DNA of 64,000 nucleotides from Gemmatimonadota bacterium (GTDB taxonomy: Bacteria; Gemmatimonadota; Gemmatimonadetes; Longimicrobiales; Gaopeijiaceae), in NCBI GenBank assembly GCA_034521595.1, contig JAXHMG010000003.1, forward strand, positions 2,976,001 to 3,040,000, written 5' to 3'. Numbering within the stretch: position 1 is the first letter of the stretch; each line of letters begins with the position of its first letter. Below, one piece after another: positions 47,513 through 56,776 of the stretch. The position numbers were made by a program, and so were the translations under genes. Under the pieces are notes generated by a model. It was not told the DNA's origin. It did not search any database and saw only the letters and a list, made by a program, of their open reading frames with translations.

Positions 47513-48168
47513 CTGGTACCGTCCGGCTCCTTGCGCACGCCTTGCCGCTCGAGCACCACGACGGCTCGAGGAAAGAGTGCTTCCAGCCGCTCGATGTCGG
47601 CGCGCGTTCCGTGGGGCTCGCCCCAGCGGATGGGCACCACGACTTCCGCCCCGCAGGCCTCGCCCGCGCGGGCCGCGTCTTCCACCGACATGGTGTAGTG
47701 CCCGTCGCAGGGAAGGAACGCGATGTCACATCGGACACCGTCCATGGATGGGAGGTAGTCGGTATCACCCGCGTGGTAGAAGGTCGTGCCCCCCACCGTG
47801 AACACGTAACCGAGCCAACCGTCGTCGGGTGCGTGGAACTTCTTGCCGACGTTGTGGGCCGGCACGGCGAGGACGTCGAAGCCGTCGAGCTGGAGCAGGT
47901 CCCCGGCCCTCACGAAATGATCCGCGTCGGCCATCTGCTTCTTCATGGTGACGGGGGCGATGACGACCGTGTCGGGCCCCCGCACGCGGGCGATATCCTC
48001 CTCCGAGAAGTTGTCGAAGTGCGGGTGCGTGAGGAGGATCATGTCCGCGCGCGCGCTTTCGGTCACGCCCGACGGATCGACGTGGACCTCGCAGCCCCTT
48101 CCTCGAACCCGGACGGAGGAGCCGCGGAACCACGTGATGCCATCGAGCCATTCGTGCATTGAAGCCAT
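47509..48168 (-). CDS. MBL-fold metallo-hydrolase
   Basis: THPHFDN (Asn in place of the usual last His), PAHN..FH, YHAGDTD. Confidence 0.8.
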   Translation of the reverse strand: MASMHEWLDGITWFRGSSVRVRGRGCEVHVDPSGVTESARADMILLTHPHFDNFSEEDIARVRGPDTVVIAPVTMKKQMADADHFVRAGDLLQLDGFDVLAVPAHNVGKKFHAPDDGWLGYVFTVGGTTFYHAGDTDYLPSMDGVRCDIAFLPCDGHYTMSVEDAARAGEACGAEVVVPIRWGEPHGTRADIERLEALFPRAVVVLERQGVRKEPDGTR

Positions 48169-48385
48169 GCGTGTGGCGCGGGAAGGTGGAACGTGCCAAG
48201 CTAACCGTCGGGAGTAGCCCGAAAAAGTGGCGGATCTCGCCTCCGCGGCGCGCCAGAATGACAGGGTTCATGCGATTCGGGCATGAATTCGAGCCGCGCC
48301 GGCTGGCAGGGATCCTGCACCTGAGGCTCCCGGCGCGCTCCGCGTGCCGACGACGACCGAGGTCCCGAACGAGACCCGAGGCAAG

Positions 48386-51121
48386 ATGACCGCAGAAGAG
48401 TTGAAGACATCCCCGGCGATAGTCGAGGGCGAAGAGGGCCAGGATACGAAGGGTGAGCGGTTCACGCTCCCCGTCCTACCGCTACGTGACACCGTCGTTT
48501 ATCCAGGGGTGGCCGTGCCGATCTCCGCCGGCCGTGCCGGAACCGTCGAAGCTGTCCAGGACGCCCTGGACGGTGATCGTCGGCTCTTCGCCGTGGCGCA
48601 ACGGGAGAACGTCGACGACGCGCAAGCCGAGTACCTGTACGACGTCGGGACGATCGTCCGGATCATCCAGACGCACCGCGTTCGTGGGGGCGTGCAGCTC
48701 CTCGTGCAGGGTGAGGGCCGTGCGCAGGCGCTCTCCTACAGCAGCGAAGGTGAAGCGATGCTGAGCGCCGTCCTGCTGGAGATGGTGCCGCAGGAACCGC
48801 AGAACCCGTCCGACCCCGCCTTCCAGGCGCTCGACCGGGAGCTCAGGGAACGGGCGGCCGAGCTCGGCACCCGTCGCGGCGTTCCCGCCGAGGCCCTGAA
48901 TCAGCTCATCCGGGGCGTCGACGACCCGGGGCCGTTCGCGGATCTCGTGGCGTTCTACCTCGAGCTCGAGACGGCGGACAAGCAGCGCCTGCTGGAGATG
49001 CTCGACGACGAGGAACGGATGCGCCAGTGCCTGGTCGCCGTCGAGCGGGAGCTCGCTCGGATCGACGCCCAGGAGGACATCCAGGCGAAAGTCCAGTCCG
49101 AGCTGGGTGAGCGCCAGCGCGAGATGCTTCTGCGCGAACAGCTCAAGGCCATCCAGAAGGAGCTCGGGGAAGAGGAAGAGCGCGACGACGTCGAGGAGAT
49201 GCGAAAGCGCGTCGAAGAGCTCGAGCTCGACGAGGAACAGCGGACCGAGGTGGACCGGGAGCTGCGGCGTCTGGAGCGCACCAGCCCGCAGTCAGCGGAA
49301 TATCAGGTCATCCGGACGTTCCTCGAATGGGTTACCGAGCTCCCGTGGCGGGAACGCACCCAGGAGAAGATCGACCTCCATCGGGCCGAGCGAATCATGG
49401 AGGCCGACCACCACGGTCTCGATGACGTGAAGGACCGCATCCTCGAGTTCCTCGCCGTACGCAAGCTTCAGGTCGAGCGTGCCGCCGAAGAGGCCGAAGA
49501 GGCAGAGGCCGCCGCCGAGGCGGAATCCGTGGCGGACGGCTCCTCGGATGAAGCGTCCGCGTCCGGAGGAAACGGTGGCGACACGGGTGGCGGCGCGCCG
49601 CCGTCGAGTGGCAACGGCCACGCCACCGACGAAGGAACGGTGGCCGAGATCGGTGGCCCGGAAGGGAACGGCGAGGATGACGTCGACCCGGACGAAGTCG
49701 ACGAAGACGAGCTCACGGGCCGCGGCCCGATCCTTTTGTTCGTAGGGCCTCCGGGCGTGGGCAAGACGTCCATCGCGCAGTCCATCGCGCGCTCGCTGGG
49801 ACGGAAATACGTTCGGATCTCGCTCGGTGGGGCGCGGGACGAAGCGGACATCCGTGGGCACCGCCGCACCTACGTCGGCGCCATGCCGGGACGTATCATC
49901 CAGGGCATGCGGCAGGCCAAGTCCAAGAATCCGGTCTTCCTGCTCGACGAGGTCGACAAGCTCGGCGTGTCGTTCCAGGGGGACCCCAGCTCGGCGCTGC
50001 TCGAGGTGCTCGATCCCGCGCAGAACTCCACGTTCGTGGATCACTACCTCGGCATTCCGTTCGACCTTTCCGAAGTCCTGTTCATCGCGACCGCGAACTA
50101 CCTCGACCGGATCCCCGGGCCCCTGCTCGACCGCATGGAGCGGGTGGACTTCGCCGGGTACACGGAGCGTGAGAAGCTCGAGATCGCCAAGAAGTACCTG
50201 CTGCCGCGTCAGCGGAAGGGCGCCAGCCTCGGGGAGCACGAGCTCGAGATGAGCGACGATGCGATCTTGACGGTCGTGCAGAGCTACACGCGGGAGGCCG
50301 GCGTGCGCCAGCTCGAGCGTGAGATCGGGAAGTTCGCCCGAAAGGTCGCCCGCCAGATCGCCGCGGGAAGCATCGAGAGCATGAACGCGACCGCCGACGA
50401 GGTTCGCGAGTTCCTGGGCCGGCCCCGGGTGCATCCGGAGCGCATGGCCGAGCAGGACATCGTCGGTGTGGCCACGGGCATGTTCTACACCCCGATGGGC
50501 GGTGACATCATGTTCGTCGAGGCGAGCGTCATGCCCGGCGAGAGCGGCTTCGTGCTCACGGGACAGCTCGGTGACGTCATGAAGGAGTCGGCTCGCGCCG
50601 CGCTCACGTATGCGAAGGCGAACTGGAAAAGCCTCGGGATCGCCGAGGACGCGCTCCAGGACCGAGAGGTACATATCCACGTCCCCGCCGGCGCGGTTCC
50701 GAAGGACGGGCCGTCGGCGGGCATCACCATGGCGGTGGCGCTGATCTCCAGCGTCTCCGGACGGCCGGTACGGCGCGACGTGGCGATGACCGGAGAGCTG
50801 ACGCTCACGGGCCGGGTCCTGCCCATCGGAGGTGTGAAGGAGAAGGTGCTCGGCGCGGTGCGCGCCGGCATCAAACAGATCGTCTTGCCCGCGGATAACG
50901 AGGAGGACCTCGAAGATCTGCCGGACGACGTGCGCGAGCAGCTCGAGTTCCACCCGGCGGAGACCCTCGACGACGTGATCGCGGTCGCGCTGGGCCCGGA
51001 CGACGGTCCCCCAACGGATCCGGGCGCCGACCGGGAAGCCTCTCAGCCCAAGAAGAAGGCGTCGGGGGCGAAGAAGAAGCCGGCCGTGAAGAAGGAGCGA
51101 AAAAAGGAAAAGGACGCGTGA
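48386..51121 (+). CDS. lon: ATP-dependent protease Lon
   Basis: Motifs LPVLPLRD.V.YP, GPPGVGKTS, DEADIRGHRRTY, LLDEVDK, KDGPSAG (Ser), IGGVKEK (Lys). Confidence 0.96.
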   Translation: MTAEELKTSPAIVEGEEGQDTKGERFTLPVLPLRDTVVYPGVAVPISAGRAGTVEAVQDALDGDRRLFAVAQRENVDDAQAEYLYDVGTIVRIIQTHRVRGGVQLLVQGEGRAQALSYSSEGEAMLSAVLLEMVPQEPQNPSDPAFQALDRELRERAAELGTRRGVPAEALNQLIRGVDDPGPFADLVAFYLELETADKQRLLEMLDDEERMRQCLVAVERELARIDAQEDIQAKVQSELGERQREMLLREQLKAIQKELGEEEERDDVEEMRKRVEELELDEEQRTEVDRELRRLERTSPQSAEYQVIRTFLEWVTELPWRERTQEKIDLHRAERIMEADHHGLDDVKDRILEFLAVRKLQVERAAEEAEEAEAAAEAESVADGSSDEASASGGNGGDTGGGAPPSSGNGHATDEGTVAEIGGPEGNGEDDVDPDEVDEDELTGRGPILLFVGPPGVGKTSIAQSIARSLGRKYVRISLGGARDEADIRGHRRTYVGAMPGRIIQGMRQAKSKNPVFLLDEVDKLGVSFQGDPSSALLEVLDPAQNSTFVDHYLGIPFDLSEVLFIATANYLDRIPGPLLDRMERVDFAGYTEREKLEIAKKYLLPRQRKGASLGEHELEMSDDAILTVVQSYTREAGVRQLEREIGKFARKVARQIAAGSIESMNATADEVREFLGRPRVHPERMAEQDIVGVATGMFYTPMGGDIMFVEASVMPGESGFVLTGQLGDVMKESARAALTYAKANWKSLGIAEDALQDREVHIHVPAGAVPKDGPSAGITMAVALISSVSGRPVRRDVAMTGELTLTGRVLPIGGVKEKVLGAVRAGIKQIVLPADNEEDLEDLPDDVREQLEFHPAETLDDVIAVALGPDDGPPTDPGADREASQPKKKASGAKKKPAVKKERKKEKDA

Positions 51122-51142
51122 GCGGGCGGGAGCCGGGCGCGC

Positions 51143-52201
51143 TCACTCCACGGTGACGAGCCCGGCTCCGCCTTCCTCCACGGTCCCGATCACGGCGGCC
51201 GCCGGCGCTCGTCCTTCGAGCGCCTCGAGCAGCGCCTCGACACGGTCGGGCGCCACCGCGATGAGCAAACCGCCCGACGTTTGGGCGTCCGCCAGCAGCG
51301 TCCGGTCGGTTCCTTCGACGGCGGCGGAGAACGTTACGTCCGCCTCGAGGTCGGTCAGGTTCCGCTCCGTGCCCCCCGGCACGTGTCCGGCCTCGATGAG
51401 CTTCCGGGCGCCGTCGAGCGCGGGCACGTCGGTGACGCGGATGCGGCCGGCCGACCCGGAGGCGCGCAACAGGTTGCGCAGATGGCCGAGCAACCCGAAC
51501 CCGGTGACGTCGGTGGCGGCTCGCACGCCGACCTCCATCATCGCTTCCGCCGCCCCTTTGTTCAGCGTGGCCATGCATTCCACCGCTCCGGAGATCACCT
51601 TCGCGGGCGCGCTGCCCGCCTTGATGGCCGTGGCCACGATTCCCGAGCCCAGGGGCTTGGTCAGCACCAGCACGTCGCCCGCACGGGCACCGACGTTCGT
51701 GACCATCTCGGCCGGGTCCACCTCGCCGACGGCGACCATCCCGTATTTGGGCTCGGCGTCGTCGATCGTGTGCCCGCCCAGAACCGGGATCCCCGCGCTC
51801 CGGGCCACGTCCGCGCCCCCGCGCAGGATCTCTTCCAGGATCCCTTCCGGAAGGAGCTTTCGGGGGAACCCCACGAGATTGAGCGCGAAGAGGGGCCTCG
51901 CGCCCATGGCGTAGACGTCGGAGAGCGCGTTCGCGGCGGCAATCCGCCCGAAGTCGTACCCGCTGTCGACGATGGGCGTGAAGAAGTCGGCCGTCACCAC
52001 GAGGGCACGGTCCGCGGATATGCGGTAGACGGCGGCGTCGTCCCCCGTGGCATGGCCCACGAGGGCGTTCGGGTCGTCGATCGGGAGCAGGTGACGCAAC
52101 ACGTGCGCCAGCTCGGACATGCCGAGCTTACACGCTCACCCGGCGCCGTGGCTGAGCTGGGACAGCCGGATCTCCGGCCTCCGGTCCCTCGGCTCGTCCA
52201 T
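51143..52201 (-). CDS. selD: Selenide, water dikinase SelD, selenocysteine-containing (UGA at 52138-52136)
   Basis: MDEPRDRRPEIRLSQLSHGAG-U-ACKLG reads in frame into DDAAVY, DFFTPIVD, ANALSDVYAMG, TDVTGFGLLGH, DAQTSGGLL. Confidence 0.95.
52093..52128 (-). promoter_or_regulatory. Candidate SECIS hairpins of selD
   Basis: After the UGA: AGCUCGG-CAUGU-CCGAGCU, then GGCGCA-CGUGU-UGCGUC. Which one is functional cannot be determined here. Confidence 0.5.
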
Positions 52202-52515
52202 CGTGGCCTCCTCTGGGTGGGGGAGCGACGTGTCTCCTGCTTCGTTCGGAACGCCCGAGTCCACCGGTGGGTTCCGCCGGTGTGCCCGTTCGCGCCCGGA
52301 AAGTGGCGACGGAGCGGGAGCCGGCAAAGACCGTGGGCTCTCGAGCCGCGAGCCGTCGAGCCGCCCGTTCCCCTGTCGACCGCCCGTCGTGCTCCCGACG
52401 ACCACCGGACTGCCGCCACGGGCCGGGCAGGAAACCCGTGGGTGGAATGGTGTACCCGACGCGACAAGACGTGCCGGGACGCCCGGCACCCTACGTTCGA
52501 CCGGGAGACAAGGTC

Positions 52516-53370
52516 GTGAATCAGAAGGGAGACTCGCCCAGGGGCCTGCTGGCCGATGAGCTTTCGCTGGCCGAGCCGGACATCGATCTGGCTCGGGCGG
52601 CGCTCCTCATCGCCAAGGAGGAGTACCCGCAGCTTTCGGTCGAGCTCTATCTGGCCCGTTTCGATCAGATCGCCGAGGAGGTGAAGGATCGCCTCTCCGA
52701 CGAGTCGGCACCCCTTCTCGTGCTCCAGGAGATGCTGGAGACCCTCTACGAGCGGCGGAGCTTCGGCGCGAACCGGCAAGCTTACTACGATCCGCGCAAC
52801 TCGTTCTTGAACGACGTGCTCGACCGGGGCGTGGGCATCCCGCTCACGCTCGGCATGGTAGTGCTGGAGGTCGGCTGGCGTCTGGGGCTCCCGCTCGAAG
52901 GCGTCAACTTCCCGGGGCACTTCCTCGTGCGTTACCGGGGCGAAGTCATGGACCTCCTGGTCGATCCGTTCGACGGCGGCAAGATCCGCTTCGAGGATCA
53001 GGCGCAGGAGCTCCTCGACCGTGCCTACGGCGGGGTGGTGCGACTCCAGCCGTCCTTCCTGCGCGTGGCGAGCCGGCGTGACATGCTCGTGCGCATGCTC
53101 ACGAATTTGAAAGGCGTCTACATGCGCGTGGGTGACGACGAACGGGCGCTGGCCGCCGTCGAGCGCATCCTCATGCTCACCCCGACGGCACCGGCCGAGA
53201 ACCGGTCGCGCGGCCTGCTCCTGGTGCGACTCGGGCGCAGGAACGAGGCCGCCAAGCAGCTCGAAAAGTACCTCCGGGTGGCTCCGGGGGCGTCGGACGC
53301 GGACCGCGTCGAGGACATGTTGCGAGATCTGAAAGCCGGCCGGGATCCGGCCGATGTGGAGGGATTGTGA
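52516..53370 (+). CDS. SirB1/transglutaminase-like protein with TPR
   Basis: Motifs YYDPRNSFLNDVLDR..GIP.TL, GVNFPGHFLV, VDPFDGG, RML.NLK, C-terminal TPR. Start approximate. Confidence 0.85.
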   Translation: MNQKGDSPRGLLADELSLAEPDIDLARAALLIAKEEYPQLSVELYLARFDQIAEEVKDRLSDESAPLLVLQEMLETLYERRSFGANRQAYYDPRNSFLNDVLDRGVGIPLTLGMVVLEVGWRLGLPLEGVNFPGHFLVRYRGEVMDLLVDPFDGGKIRFEDQAQELLDRAYGGVVRLQPSFLRVASRRDMLVRMLTNLKGVYMRVGDDERALAAVERILMLTPTAPAENRSRGLLLVRLGRRNEAAKQLEKYLRVAPGASDADRVEDMLRDLKAGRDPADVEGL

Positions 53371-54368
53371 GCACTGACGCGTACCGAGCCGCGGTGGAGC
53401 ACGCCGCCGTGTTCGACCATGACGACCGCCTGCGCTTGCGCGTGTACGGCCGCGCGCCGCGCCAGATGTTGAACGGGATCCTCACCGGTACGCTCCCCGC
53501 CGCCCCCGAAGCGACCGAGGACGGCGTTCTCGGTGGAACCGGCACGTACCACGCCGTGCTCACCCCCAAGGGGAAGATGGTCACCGACCTGTGGGCGTAT
53601 CTCGCGGACGATGAAGAGGAGCGCGGGTTCCTGCTCGACGTTCCCGCCGCCGGGCGCGGGGCCTTCCTCGAGCATCTCGAAAAAGTCCTCCCCCCGAGGT
53701 TCGCGCGTCGGGAGGACGTGAGCGAGACGACGTCCATGCTCGCGGTCACCGGTCCGGAGGCGGCGGCGCTGTTGTCCCGGATCGCGTTCGGGCTCCGCGT
53801 CGAGGCGGAGACGTTGGCCGCCCTCCCTGAAGGGGGATGGCTCATGGCGGGCGCCGCTCCGGACGGGATGATCGTGGCGCGCACGCTCGACGTGCGTCCC
53901 GAGGCATACCAGGTGCTCGGAGAGGCGGAGGCCGTACGTGCCCTTCGGAGCCGACTCGTGGAGGCCGGCGCGGTCGAAGCGGATCCCGATACCTGGGAGA
54001 TCCTGCGCGTCGAGGCCGGTCGGCCCGCATTCGGCACGGACATGACGGATGCGACGATTCCGGTCGAGGCGGGCATCCACGATCGGGCGATCGACTACCA
54101 GAAAGGGTGCTATACGGGCCAGGAAGTGATCGTTCGCATCCGCGACCGGGGGCGGGTGAACCGGAACCTCCGGCGGCTCGTGCTCGGCGACGTTCCGGTG
54201 CCGTCGTCCGGCACCGAGATCTTCGCTCCGGACGACGACCAAAAGGCGGCCGGATGGATCACCTCGGCGGTCCTGTCTCCCGCGGAGGACGCCGTGGTGG
54301 CGCTGGCCTATGTGCGCAGGGGGGTGGACCGGATTCGCTTCGCCGAGCGTGAGATTCCGGTCGGCTGA
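53367..54368 (+). CDS. ygfZ: YgfZ/GcvT folate-binding protein
   Basis: Motifs LTPKGKM, LRVEAG.P, KGCYTGQEV. Confidence 0.85.
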   Translation: MSTDAYRAAVEHAAVFDHDDRLRLRVYGRAPRQMLNGILTGTLPAAPEATEDGVLGGTGTYHAVLTPKGKMVTDLWAYLADDEEERGFLLDVPAAGRGAFLEHLEKVLPPRFARREDVSETTSMLAVTGPEAAALLSRIAFGLRVEAETLAALPEGGWLMAGAAPDGMIVARTLDVRPEAYQVLGEAEAVRALRSRLVEAGAVEADPDTWEILRVEAGRPAFGTDMTDATIPVEAGIHDRAIDYQKGCYTGQEVIVRIRDRGRVNRNLRRLVLGDVPVPSSGTEIFAPDDDQKAAGWITSAVLSPAEDAVVALAYVRRGVDRIRFAEREIPVG

Positions 54369-54385
54369 GCGGGCTCCGGGCCGGC

Positions 54386-55057
54386 TCAGCGTTCGCGGAG
54401 CTCTTCGAGGGCCGCCCGGATATCTTCGTTCTCGGGCCGGATCCGGTAGTTCACCTCGGTCATCTTCCACCGCACGACCCCCTCGCGGTCGATGACGTAC
54501 GTCGTGGGGTGGGGGATCAGCCGGTCCGGTGCCGCGTCTTCGTTCAGCAAGCCGTAGCGTCGGATGACGGCGGCCCCGGGATCGGAGAGCAGCATGTACT
54601 CGATCGTGCGGCCGTCGGTCTCCTCTCGGACCCGATCCACCATGCGTTGCAGATCTTCGGCTCCGTCGGAAGCGACGGCCATCAGCTCGGTCGTCTGGTT
54701 GAGCTCGTCACTCAGCAGGTCTCGCAGCTCCCCGAGCTGCCGCGCGCAGTACGGTCACCAGTGGCCGCGAAAGAAGACCAACACGACGTCCTTCGCCCCG
54801 CGGAAATCCGAGAGCGTGACGGTGCCGTTCCGGAGCGACTCGAGCCGGAAATCCGGCGCCGTGTCGCCGACCGCGACGCGCTCGAGGTCCGCCGGGGGAA
54901 GCTCCCGCCCGTCCGACGGACCGAGCGCGGCCGGCGTGCTGCGCTCCGACGGGGCGTCCCGGCTCGTCCTCGCGTCGGACGTGCAGGCCGTGATCAGCAA
55001 AGCCACGATCGCGATGAACAGAGGGCGGGGAGCGCTTCGCACGGGATCGTCTCGCAT
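54386..55057 (-). CDS. Peroxiredoxin-like (AhpC/TSA) lipoprotein, selenoprotein with UxxC (UGA at 54757-54755)
   Basis: Lipobox ITAC, then VGDTAPDFRL..TLSDFRG.K.VVLVFFRGHW-U-PYCARQL, continuing in frame to LLSDP..YG..P.TYVIDREGVVRW. Start 55057 or 55042. Confidence 0.9.
54724..54740 (-). promoter_or_regulatory. Candidate SECIS of the peroxiredoxin-like gene
   Basis: GCAGCUC-GGG-GAGCUGC hairpin starting 15 nt after the UGA, with G in the apical loop. Confidence 0.65.
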
Positions 55058-55417
55058 CCGAGAAAGGTACGATGGGCGGGTACGAGCCGTACAATCCCCG
55101 GTGCCGGACAGGGGTTCCTCCCGGCCCGTCGTACCGCGCCCGTAAACGGGGCCCGGCAGCCTCAACAGTCGGGAGGGCCGGCCGGGTTGGCGGATTCCGG
55201 GGAACCCGCAGCGTTTCTTACTTTAGTAGGTAGTGGCCGGTCACGGCCATTCGGTCGTCCGCACGGCCCCCGGCCCGAGCTTCCGTCGAAGTGGACGCCC
55301 GTCGAGTGAGCGATGCCTCGACGGGTGTTTTCACGCCCGGTGGTCGCACATCCGTGTCGTGACGCGTCGGAATCAGAATCTGCAAACGAGACAAGGGCGG
55401 TTTCAGTGAGGATAGAG

Positions 55418-56761
55418 ATGTCGAAGGTGGGTTCATGGTATCGCGGGATTACCACGGTACTGCTGGTGGGCGGATTGAGCGTGGGCTTCTGGTCGTTCGC
55501 CCCCGACCCGTTGACGGCGCAGATCCCGACGGGCTTCGAGAACGGGTCTCCTCCAAGGCCCGCCGTGTTCCTGGATTGCCAGGGGGGCCCGAACTGCAAC
55601 CGTTCCCAGTTCCGCACGGAGATCACCTTCGTCAACTGGGTCCGTGACCGGGAGGACAGCGACATCCACCTGATCTTCACGAGCCAGGGAATGAGCGGCG
55701 GCAACCGCCAGTACACCCTGGACTTCGTCGGACGTGGCGAGTTCGCGGGACTCGACGAGCACCTCACCTTTCAGTCGAGCGGCCAGGACGTTCAGGCCGA
55801 GACGATGGACGGTCTCGCGCGCACGATGCGGCTCGGCTTGGTCCGCTACGCTCTGGCCGCGGGCCTCGGGCCCGACCTCGATGTGCGGTTCACCGGCGAC
55901 GCGGCCCGGGTCGAAGACGAGTCCGAGGGCAACGGCGATACCTTCTACGATCCGTGGAACTCCTGGACCTTTCGGGTCGCGGTCTCCGGCGATATGGACT
56001 TCGAGGAGACCCAGACGTCTTCCCGGCTGAACCCGCAGTTCAACGCGGACCGAGTCACCGAAGCGTGGAAGCTCAACCTGAGCTCACGCCTCGATATCCA
56101 GCGAGAGCGCCGTGACCTGGCCGACGGCCGGGAGGTCCGCGACGACCGGAACGACTGGCGCTTCTCGGCCCTCATCGTGCACAGCATAGGGGGGCACATG
56201 GGCATCGGAATAGACACGGATTTACGCAACTCCGTGCGGCGTAACCAGACCGCGCGCATCCGCTTGAGTCCGGCGATCGAGTACAACTACTACCCGTACT
56301 CCGAGGCGACCCGCCGGCAGTTCATCGCGCACTATTCGGTCGGCGTCGAACACTCGAATTACATGGAGGAGACCGTGTTCGGCGTGGACCGGGAGACGCT
56401 TCCGGTCCACCGGGTGGGTGTGCAGTACCGGGCCCGTGAGCAGTGGGGCAACGCCGGTGTCGGCGTCGATGCCAACCAGTACCTGCATTCGGGCGGAGAG
56501 TTCTACAGCTTCGGAGTCAGCGGGAATCTGAGCTACCGCATCCTCCGTGGCCTCGAGTTGAACTTCTCGGCCGGAGCGTCGCGGGTGAACGACAACCTCT
56601 ATACGCCCGCGGGCGAAATCTCCGACGAGGACATCCTCCTCGGACGGCAGAGGCTGCCGTCGGGCTACGAGTACGATGCTTCGCTCGGCTTGAGCTACCG
56701 CTGGGGGTCCTCGTTCGCGAACATCGTGAACAACCGCTTCCCGCGCTCGGTGCGCTGGTAG
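55418..56761 (+). CDS. Putative outer-membrane beta-barrel protein
   Basis: Signal-like N-terminus, VFLDC..C..FRTEI.FVNWVRDR, amphipathic beta strands, Y.WGS...NIVN.RF end. Confidence 0.68.
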   Translation: MSKVGSWYRGITTVLLVGGLSVGFWSFAPDPLTAQIPTGFENGSPPRPAVFLDCQGGPNCNRSQFRTEITFVNWVRDREDSDIHLIFTSQGMSGGNRQYTLDFVGRGEFAGLDEHLTFQSSGQDVQAETMDGLARTMRLGLVRYALAAGLGPDLDVRFTGDAARVEDESEGNGDTFYDPWNSWTFRVAVSGDMDFEETQTSSRLNPQFNADRVTEAWKLNLSSRLDIQRERRDLADGREVRDDRNDWRFSALIVHSIGGHMGIGIDTDLRNSVRRNQTARIRLSPAIEYNYYPYSEATRRQFIAHYSVGVEHSNYMEETVFGVDRETLPVHRVGVQYRAREQWGNAGVGVDANQYLHSGGEFYSFGVSGNLSYRILRGLELNFSAGASRVNDNLYTPAGEISDEDILLGRQRLPSGYEYDASLGLSYRWGSSFANIVNNRFPRSVRW

Positions 56762-56776
56762 GTCTGGTCTGGTAGG

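Noticed and set aside
52136-52138. selD and the peroxiredoxin-like gene as nonsense pseudogenes
   Set aside because: Both TGAs sit exactly at catalytic Cys positions with downstream hairpins. Sec recoding explains them better.
52202-52515. GC-rich hairpins between selD and the SirB1-like gene as tRNA-Sec or another ncRNA
   Set aside because: No cloverleaf, UCA anticodon arm or recognisable motif. Such stems are expected by chance at this GC content.
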